A DNA stretch of 32,772 nt, taken from positions 1-32,772 of the forward strand of contig CAYFWA010000003.1 of assembly GCA_964346625.1 (NCBI GenBank), read 5' to 3'. The position numbers and the translations under genes were made by a program. The stretch comes from an uncultured Myxococcales bacterium (GTDB lineage Bacteria > Myxococcota_A > Polyangia > HGW-17 > JAJRWW01). A model generated the notes under the pieces. That model was not told the origin of the DNA. It saw only the letters and a program-made list of their open reading frames with translations, and ran no database searches. This document shows positions 26,611 to 32,772 of this stretch, piece after piece. The number at the start of each line of letters is the position of its first letter. Position 1 is the first letter of the stretch.

Positions 26611-27644
26611 GACAGCCACCCGCCCCACGAGGCCACGGCGTTGAGCTCGAAGCCATCGCGCTCTGTACGGGCCAGACGCCGCTGGCCGGCGAAGGCCACC
26701 ATGGCGGCGTTGTCCGTGCAATAGCGCGGCGCGGCCAGATGGAGGCGGTACCCTGCCCGGCGGGCGGTTTCCCCCAGCGCTGCGCGAAGCTGCCGGTTGG
26801 CGGCCACCCCGCCGGCCACCACCACCTCGGGGACGCCGGTGTCGGCCACCGCCTGCTCCACCCGCACTCGCAGCACGTCCACCACGGCCTGTTGAAATCC
26901 CGCACACAGATCGGCCCGATTCTGCTCCGTGGCCGGCGGCCCGACCTCGGACAGCACGCGGCGCACCGCCGTCTTGAGCCCCGAAAAGGAAAAGTCGCGC
27001 CCCGCCCTGTTGAGCATGGCCCGGGGAAACCGGTACGCCTGCGGATCGCCTCGCCGCGCCAGGTCATCGATCACCGGCCCGCCGGGGTAGCCCAACCCGA
27101 GCATCTTGGCCACCTTGTCGAAGGCCTCCCCGGCGGCGTCGTCGCGGGTGGCGCCCAGCACCTCGTAGGCCGCCGGCCCCGAGCGCAGCCCCAGAATGGT
27201 GTGTCCTCCCGATACCAGCAGAAACACGTGAGGAAAGGGCGGGCCAGGGGCCCCGCCGGGCTGCGCGGCCTCGCGCAGGTAGGGGGCCTCCAGGTGCGCC
27301 TGCAGATGGTCTACGCCCACCAGCGGCCGCCCGCTCACCCACGCCAGGGACTTGGCGAACTGCAGGCCCACCAGCAGCGCGCCCACGAGGCCGGGCCCTG
27401 CGGTCACGGCGATGCCGTCGAGCGCGTCGAGCGAGCACTCGGCCTGGCGCAAGGTCTGCTCTACCACCGGCACGATATTCAGCAGATGATGGCGGGAGGC
27501 GAGCTCCGGCACCACCCCCCCGAACTCGTGGTGGATCGCCACCTGGGACGAGATCTCGGCGCCGAGCACCACGCCCTGATCGGTCACCACCGCGGCGGCG
27601 GTTTCGTCGCAGGAGCTCTCGAGGCCGAGGTACAACTTCGTCAT
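26607..27644 (-). CDS. tsaD: tRNA N6-adenosine threonylcarbamoyltransferase TsaD (Kae1/Gcp)
   Basis: 345 aa with an ATG start. It contains LGLESSCDETAAAV, HHEFGGVVPELASRHH and VAGGVAANRQLR, a typical TsaD/Gcp pattern. Confidence 0.95.
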   Translation of the reverse strand: MTKLYLGLESSCDETAAAVVTDQGVVLGAEISSQVAIHHEFGGVVPELASRHHLLNIVPVVEQTLRQAECSLDALDGIAVTAGPGLVGALLVGLQFAKSLAWVSGRPLVGVDHLQAHLEAPYLREAAQPGGAPGPPFPHVFLLVSGGHTILGLRSGPAAYEVLGATRDDAAGEAFDKVAKMLGLGYPGGPVIDDLARRGDPQAYRFPRAMLNRAGRDFSFSGLKTAVRRVLSEVGPPATEQNRADLCAGFQQAVVDVLRVRVEQAVADTGVPEVVVAGGVAANRQLRAALGETARRAGYRLHLAAPRYCTDNAAMVAFAGQRRLARTERDGFELNAVASWGGWLS

Positions 27645-27707
27645 GCTCGCTCCCGGTCCCCTGCGGCCTCCGCGCCGGTGATTGCCCCCTTCGTGACGTT
27701 CAAGCGA

Positions 27708-30700
27708 TTACTGCAACCCGTCAAGGGTCTTTTTCACGTAGCCGGACCACCGGCAGTCGGGGCACAGCTTCAGGTAGCGCTCGAGCGCCCGTCGCGCCTC
27801 GGCGGTCTGCTTGAGCTGAATGAGGCTGAAGCCCAGGGCCATCCAGGCCTTGGCGTTGTCGGGGGCGTAGCGCACCGCCTCCCGTCCCTGCTCGGCGGCC
27901 TGCTTGTAGCGCGCTCGGTCCAGCGCCCGCCGTGCAGACCGGTGGTAGTGGCGTCCAAGCAGCGTGCGGGCCTCTTCGCGTACTTGCTTCGTCTCGGGCC
28001 CCGCGCCAGCCTCCTCGACAACGGCGCGCAGCAGCGTTACCGCTTCGTCGGCCTTGCGCTGCTCGAGCAGCGTGCGGCCCTGCTTCAGGCGCTCGGCGAG
28101 CTGCGCCGGGTCCATGGCCGGGCGAGGCGGGGGCCCCGCATCCCGGGCTACGGGCGGGCGTGAGGGGGTCTCTGGTGGCGTCGCAGCGTCCAAAGAGCCC
28201 TCGACGGGGCGCGGCCGCGGTGCCGGGCCACCATCGTAGCCGCCAGCCGCGGTGGCCGGAGGCGTCGCCCGCCCCTGATCGCCGGCGTCGCGCACCAACA
28301 AAAAGACCACCAGGGCAACCACCACCGCCGCAACCACGGTCAGCCACCATTTGCCGGGCGAGGTACCGGGTCGGGTAGACAACTCGAGCTCCGGATTCGA
28401 ATCCGAACCCTCGTTCGAGCTCGGCGCAGATGCGCGCTGCCCTCGGCGGGCTCCTTCAGCGGCTCGCTGATCGGGCGGACCTTTCGGAGCGGTCGCTGGC
28501 GCCGCGGTCTCAGCCGCCGCGGTCTCAGCCGCCGCGGCCTCGGCCGTCGCGGCCTTGGAGGGCGACGGCTCGGATTCGCGCGTCGCCGGCTCGGGCTTTG
28601 GCGAGCCAGAAGCGCTGTCAATGCTCCCGGAGATCACGCCCGCGCTGGACCCGTGCTCCGCGTCGGAGGCACGGCTTGGGCGGGCCTCCACGGAGGAGGA
28701 GGCGCTACGGCGACAGGAATCCGAGCGCCCGGCCGGCACGTCGATCTCTCCAGAGGTCGCCCGCAGCTCGGGCGGAACGTAATCCTCGGCGGCCTCCTGC
28801 CAGGAATCGTCGTCGAGATAGGGAATGTCCTCGTCATCCCCGACAGCGGCCTCCTGCTCGGCGGATGCTGGCGCTTCGGCGACCGCTGGCGCCTCGGCGG
28901 ACCCTGGCGCATCGGCCGACGCCGATGCTCCGGCGGACGCCGGCACCTCGCCCGGCGTTGGCGCATCGGCGAACCCTGGCGCGTCGGCCGACGCCGACGC
29001 TCCGGCGGGCGCCGGCATTTCGGCCGGCGCTGGCGCTTCAGCCGGCGCTGGCGCTTCGGCGACCGCTGGCGCCTCGGCGGACCCTGGCGCATCGGCGAAC
29101 CCTGGCGCGTCGGCCGACGCCGACGCTCCGGCGGGCACCGGCATTTCGGCCGGCGCTGGCGCTTCAGCCGGCGCTGGCGCTTCGGCGACCGCTGGCGCCT
29201 CGGCGGACCCTGGCGCGTCGGCCGGCGCTGGCGCTTCGACCGGCGCTGGCACCTCGGCGGGCGCTGGCGCTTCGGCCGGCGCTGGCGCTTCGGCGACCGC
29301 TGGCACCTCGGCGGGCGCTGGCGCTTCGGCGACCGCTGGCGCCTCGGCGGACCCTGGCGCGTCGGCCGGCGCTGGCGCTTCGACCGGCGCTGGCACCTCG
29401 GCGGGCGCTGGCGCCTCGGCGGGCGCTGGCGCGTCGGCCGGCGCTGGCGCTTCGGCGACCGCTGGCGCCTCGGCGGACCCTGGCGCGTCGACCGGCGCTG
29501 GCGCGTCGGCCGGCGCTGACCCAGAGGACGCGTTTGGATCGTCTCGCGGCGGAGGGCGGTCCCTCGGGGCCTGCTTGGCGGCAGGCTCGTCGGGCGAGGC
29601 AGGCGCAGCCGACTGCCCCGCGAGCCTGGTGAGATCGCGCAAGATGGGCTTGAGCTCCCGCGGGCTCACCGGTGGCAGCGGGCGGGGCCTGGGCATTTCG
29701 CGGGGCAGAGGTCGAATGTCCTGAGAGGAAGGGACCGCGGGGTCGACCGTTGGAACCTCCGGCGAAGCGTCGCTGGCTGCCTCCGACGGAGCCGGATGGG
29801 GGGGCGCGTCGGACCGGCTCGGAGCACCCGCAGAACCACCAAAAACAACTGAAATATCAGTTGGGTATAGGGATGAATCCAATCGCTGCGGATCGGCGGG
29901 TGGTTCCGCCGGTGTTTCGCGCGGCGGGACCGAGGCCTCGAAGGACTCATCGAAGGCCCGGTCGAACTCATCACAGGGCTCGGCAGTCTTTTTCCCGACG
30001 GCTTGGCTGCGACGGGGCACGCCCCGACCGAAGTCGGCTTCCTCGGACGCGGGCGCTGAGCGCGAGTCCGGCTCCGCAGAATCAGGGGCCTTGACGTAGT
30101 CGCCCAGCCCACGCTCGGTAATCCGGCGGGTTCGGCGAACGCTGTCTTCTTGCTCATCCGCGCTGTGGGCAGACACCTCCGATTCCCTGGATTTGGCCCC
30201 CGCAGGCCGGGGCACGGCACCACTGAACGCCGCGGCCGCGGCCAACGGATCGCGAAGCCATCCTTCCAAAGAGGGCGGATCGGGAGGCTCCTTCTCCAAA
30301 GACGATCCGCTGGATTCGTAAATCAATCCCTCGAAATAGAGCTTGCTGATCAGGTTCAGCGTCTCCAGATCGGGAAGCGGACAGTCGTCCACTACCTGCT
30401 GCAGGGTCCGACGACCGTCGAACAGCCGCAGGACGTGGTTCACCTCATCGGGAATCTCGCTCAACCGCTCGGAAAGCTCCCGGTAGTCAACCTCGAAGAC
30501 CGCCGTCAGCGGCGGCAGCTCCTCGAGCAATCGCCCCCACTCATCCAGGCGCCTCAGGCCCTCCATGAGGATCGCCTGGTTGGACTGAACGATGACCTCC
30601 TCCCGGTGGATGCTCTTGAATTCGACCTCGAACTCGCCCTCCGACCAGATGAGCAGCCGGTACACCGCATCCTCGCCCTTGAGGCGTTGGAGCTCGGCGT

Positions 30701-31250
30701 CGATCACCTTGCCATCCCGGAAATACACCTGACCGTTGACTCCGGATGGGCTGGTAAAATGTATGACCCCTGATTTTCGGCTGATTTCAATTGTCTGGAT
30801 GAGATCGACCACCGCCATGTCGGACAGCGATCCCTCGAACTTCGTCCGACTGTCCCGACGCTTGATCCGCTCGCGCTGCGCCTTTTGCAATAGAATGCGA
30901 ACCCGGGTCACGATCTCCTTGATATAGATGGGCTTGGTGAGATAGTCCTCCACGCCAAGCTCCAAGCCCCGGATCTTGTCCTCGATGGATTTGTGACTCG
31001 TGAGAAAAATGAAGGGAATGATCTCCCACTCGGGGTTTTCCTTGAGTCGGCGACAGAACTCGAACCCGTCGATCTCCTCCATCCGGGTATCCGAGATGAT
31101 GAGATCTGGCTCGAGCAGATCCACTTTTTCCAGGGCGTCCAGCCCGCTGGTGGCGCTCGTCACCGTAAAGCCAGCTTTTTTTAGGCTGACTTCCAGCACG
31201 CGGAGACTTCGTTCGTCCCCGTCAACCAGGAGAAGACTCTGCTTGGCCAA
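27708..31250 (-). CDS. Response-regulator receiver / DUF4388 (PATAN) protein with a long disordered linker, one TM segment and C-terminal TPR repeats
   Basis: The REC domain has [14 protein letters not shown] (phospho-acceptor Asp), FIFLTS and YLTKP. DUF4388 is shown by [26 protein letters not shown]...[12 protein letters not shown]...[20 protein letters not shown]. About 700 aa of Ala/Pro/Glu-rich linker follow, then a TM ([19 protein letters not shown]) and TPR repeats. There is no in-frame ATG. TTG at 31250 gives [13 protein letters not shown]; TTG at 31319 is the alternative. Confidence 0.85.
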   Translation of the reverse strand: MAKQSLLLVDGDERSLRVLEVSLKKAGFTVTSATSGLDALEKVDLLEPDLIISDTRMEEIDGFEFCRRLKENPEWEIIPFIFLTSHKSIEDKIRGLELGVEDYLTKPIYIKEIVTRVRILLQKAQRERIKRRDSRTKFEGSLSDMAVVDLIQTIEISRKSGVIHFTSPSGVNGQVYFRDGKVIDAELQRLKGEDAVYRLLIWSEGEFEVEFKSIHREEVIVQSNQAILMEGLRRLDEWGRLLEELPPLTAVFEVDYRELSERLSEIPDEVNHVLRLFDGRRTLQQVVDDCPLPDLETLNLISKLYFEGLIYESSGSSLEKEPPDPPSLEGWLRDPLAAAAAFSGAVPRPAGAKSRESEVSAHSADEQEDSVRRTRRITERGLGDYVKAPDSAEPDSRSAPASEEADFGRGVPRRSQAVGKKTAEPCDEFDRAFDESFEASVPPRETPAEPPADPQRLDSSLYPTDISVVFGGSAGAPSRSDAPPHPAPSEAASDASPEVPTVDPAVPSSQDIRPLPREMPRPRPLPPVSPRELKPILRDLTRLAGQSAAPASPDEPAAKQAPRDRPPPRDDPNASSGSAPADAPAPVDAPGSAEAPAVAEAPAPADAPAPAEAPAPAEVPAPVEAPAPADAPGSAEAPAVAEAPAPAEVPAVAEAPAPAEAPAPAEVPAPVEAPAPADAPGSAEAPAVAEAPAPAEAPAPAEMPVPAGASASADAPGFADAPGSAEAPAVAEAPAPAEAPAPAEMPAPAGASASADAPGFADAPTPGEVPASAGASASADAPGSAEAPAVAEAPASAEQEAAVGDDEDIPYLDDDSWQEAAEDYVPPELRATSGEIDVPAGRSDSCRRSASSSVEARPSRASDAEHGSSAGVISGSIDSASGSPKPEPATRESEPSPSKAATAEAAAAETAAAETAAPATAPKGPPDQRAAEGARRGQRASAPSSNEGSDSNPELELSTRPGTSPGKWWLTVVAAVVVALVVFLLVRDAGDQGRATPPATAAGGYDGGPAPRPRPVEGSLDAATPPETPSRPPVARDAGPPPRPAMDPAQLAERLKQGRTLLEQRKADEAVTLLRAVVEEAGAGPETKQVREEARTLLGRHYHRSARRALDRARYKQAAEQGREAVRYAPDNAKAWMALGFSLIQLKQTAEARRALERYLKLCPDCRWSGYVKKTLDGLQ
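28850..29520. repeat. Imperfect 18-bp-based tandem repeat with higher-order (~120 bp) periodicity, encoding ([12 protein letters not shown])n
   Basis: ggcgcttcggcgaccgctggcgcctcggcggaccctggcgc recurs at about 28869, 29047, 29167, 29327 and 29449. All six frames are open, which produces several shadow ORFs. Confidence 0.9.
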
Positions 31251-31339
31251 AACGGCACCGACGAGTAAAATGGCGGCTCGCGTGGGGGATTTTAACGTAT
31301 TTGTGTCTGGTGTCCACAATCCTTTCCACTGGCGGCGTC

Positions 31340-32011
31340 ATGCGTGAGTGGACCGACGCACAGCTTCGCAACGCCATTTTAGCGGAGGCCCATCGCTTCG
31401 GCTGTGAGCTTTCGAATGCTCAACAGCAAAGCCTCGTACACTATTGCGAGCTACTACAGCGGTGGAACCGCGCGGTCCGACTCGTGGGTCGCGCCGATTC
31501 CCAGACTCTCGTGCGGGTTCATCTTGCCGACTCTTTGGCGCTGACGGGTCAACTCCGTGCCTTCACCGGCGACCGGGTGGAGGCTGGCAAACGGCGGTCG
31601 CTGCTCGACGTGGGCACCGGGGCCGGGCTGCCGGGGATCGTGGTAGCCATTGTCTGTCCCGAGCTTCACGCATCGCTATGTGAGGTATCCAGCAAAAGGG
31701 TGTCGTTCCTGCGGACGGTGATCCGTTCGCTCGGGCTGGATTGCCCTTTGCTCGAGCGTGATGTTTCGACCCTACCTCCCTCGCAGCGCAGATTCGATCA
31801 CGTCGTGTCCCGGGCGGTGTTCGAGCCCGAGCGATGGCGCCGGATCGCGTCTGTGGTCTGCGCACCCCGGGGCGTGATCTGGAGCATGCTCACGGAAAAG
31901 CAGCGACGGGAGGGGCCACGCCGTCTGCCTCCTGCTGCCATGGAATACAACTACCAGCTCGCTGATGGTCGCCAGCGGTGTCTATTGAGGGAGGAGCCGG
32001 TCCCCAGATGA
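31340..32011 (+). CDS. rsmG: 16S rRNA (guanine527-N7)-methyltransferase RsmG (GidB)
   Basis: ORF 31301..32011 trimmed to the ATG at 31340. It has LLQRWNRAVRLVG, the SAM-binding motif LLDVGTGAGLPGIVVAI and SRAV, a typical GidB layout. It is divergent from the response-regulator gene. Confidence 0.9.
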   Translation: MREWTDAQLRNAILAEAHRFGCELSNAQQQSLVHYCELLQRWNRAVRLVGRADSQTLVRVHLADSLALTGQLRAFTGDRVEAGKRRSLLDVGTGAGLPGIVVAIVCPELHASLCEVSSKRVSFLRTVIRSLGLDCPLLERDVSTLPPSQRRFDHVVSRAVFEPERWRRIASVVCAPRGVIWSMLTEKQRREGPRRLPPAAMEYNYQLADGRQRCLLREEPVPR

Positions 32012-32349
32012 GCGCTGGCACCAGCCAGTCCTTGTTTCTTGGCTCCGTCACAAGAGCGCCGAACAGTTTGAAAGACGTCTGCAATCGCGCAGTTGCGGCA
32101 TCTCGCGGCAACCCTCCTCGCTCCCTCGGTCCCCGTACCTACGGGTACGGCTCGGTCGGTCGCTGCGGGCGCACTCGCGATCTACTCGCAACTTCACGAT
32201 TTCGCTACGACGTCCAAACTGTTCGGTGCTCTAGCAGCTTTCGGGAGAAATCCGGACCGAACCTCGCGGAGCGCCGTGTAGTTTGAAACTCGTCGAGAAA
32301 CCGCGAGGTTGCTCGCGAGTCGCGATTGTGACGAAACCTGTCAGCCTTT

Positions 32350-32365
32350 GGTTTCACGTGAAACA
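32350..32365. promoter_or_regulatory. parS: parS (ParB-binding centromere-like site) 1
   Basis: GGTTTCACGTGAAACA matches 15 of the 16 positions of canonical TGTTNCACGTGAAACA. The 14-bp core GTTTCACGTGAAAC is a perfect palindrome. Confidence 0.85.
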
Positions 32366-32424
32366 TCGCTGCTCGAACCTCGGGCCCTGTCAGTCTGCTC
32401 GAATGACGGATCCTGTCAGCCTTT

Positions 32425-32440
32425 GGTTTCACGTGAAACA
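32425..32440. promoter_or_regulatory. parS: parS site 2
   Basis: Identical 16-mer, 75 bp downstream of site 1. Confidence 0.85.
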
Positions 32441-32499
32441 TCGCTGCTCGAACCTCGGGCCCTGTCAGTCTGCTCGAATGACGGATCCTGTCAGCCTTT

Positions 32500-32515
32500 G
32501 GTTTCACGTGAAACA
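32500..32515. promoter_or_regulatory. parS: parS site 3
   Basis: Identical 16-mer, 75 bp downstream of site 2. Confidence 0.85.
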
Positions 32516-32617
32516 CACCCGGCCGATTCCTCTACAGGCTTTCCCTCTCCCTGTATCGTATTGTCAACCTTGCCGGCCTTTCGGGGTTGACATTTCCCTC
32601 CGCAGATCGCTTATGTG

Positions 32618-32772
32618 TAAGGGTTCGCGCAAGAATACGTTCGAAGCACCGAGGGCGCCGAGGCGCAATGCTGTCACGAAGCGAGGAGTTCGAATACAGT
32701 GACGTATTTAACCGATGCGCGACGCAGACAGAATTGATGGATCGGCGGCCGAATGCCGAAGTTATTCTTGCG
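32618..32772 (-). repeat. MITE-like dispersed repeat, copy D: inverted orientation, running off the window end
   Basis: The reverse complement aligns along its whole length to copy B (6088-6260), except for a ~14-bp internal duplication present only in B. The window ends inside the left TIR (..ccgaagttattcttgcg). Confidence 0.85.

Larger units (their letters stand above)
32337..32515. repeat. 75-bp tandem repeat, 2 identical full units plus a 29-bp partial third unit, each carrying one parS
   Basis: Units 32337-32411 and 32412-32486 are identical on direct reading. 32487-32515 repeats the first 29 nt. Confidence 0.97.

Noticed and set aside
26611-26907. The N-terminal ~100 codons of ORF 25621..26907 (rsmA).
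   Set aside because: They overlap the tsaD 3' end and encode Gly/Arg-rich filler. The KsgA homology begins at ...KRALGQNFL, and a GTGA start/stop overlap with tsaD at 26607-26610 is the parsimonious start.
28430-29724. Three overlapping + strand ORFs (400, 288 and 299 aa) encoding monotonous RRPALA, GRRWRF and GASA repeats.
   Set aside because: They are alternative-frame readings of the tandem-repeat linker of the minus-strand response-regulator gene. The frames are open only because the repeat unit lacks stop codons in all frames.
31309-31317. A DnaA-box-like 9-mer gtgtccaca (7 of 9 to TTATCCACA) in the rsmG/response-regulator divergent region, raising the possibility of oriC.
   Set aside because: It is a single imperfect box with no cluster and no AT-rich unwinding element. 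Proximity to parS suggests the origin is near, but nothing here supports calling oriC.
32337-32515. Possible CRISPR array, because of regularly spaced identical palindromic repeats.
   Set aside because: The units are contiguous 75-bp tandem copies with no unique spacers. The palindrome is the canonical parS sequence, and there are no cas genes.

Overview
Very GC-rich bacterial chromosomal segment (G+C not computed). The gene content points to Myxococcota, by inference only: a TSP3-repeat OmpA protein, REC-DUF4388/PATAN and MshEN-GAF-HEAT signalling proteins, Arg/Ala-rich TPR lipoproteins and long Pro/Ala/Glu linkers. I support about 21 protein genes. Housekeeping genes are uvrB, truD, tsaD, rsmA/ksgA and rsmG/gidB. 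The rest are an RpoD-like alternative sigma factor, a LMW tyrosine phosphatase, envelope proteins (TonB-family, OmpA-TSP3, LolB/DUF4292-like and TPR lipoproteins, a Rieske-like Tat lipoprotein), an STT3-like GT-C membrane protein, a class-C-type serine hydrolase, and two very large modular signalling proteins. I found no rRNA, tRNA, CRISPR array, transposase, phage gene or recognisable defence gene. I did not find a convincing multi-gene novel system and do not claim one. The observations most worth follow-up are at the DNA level. (1) Three near-consensus parS centromere sites sit on a perfect 75-bp tandem repeat just after rsmG. (2) A roughly 180-bp MITE-like element with terminal inverted repeats occurs four times, at both window ends and fused into the 3' end of rsmA. 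(3) A 32-unit heptanucleotide microsatellite abuts the start of a small tail-anchored protein gene that also carries a 13-unit 9-bp in-frame repeat. (4) A 92-bp tandem duplication spans a gene junction and creates a chimeric upstream ORF. (5) An orphan promoter/terminator pair in the low-GC gap upstream of the sigma gene could mark a non-coding RNA. (6) A candidate oligosaccharyltransferase-like protein has degenerate motifs. The many long ORFs antisense to real genes are high-GC shadow ORFs.
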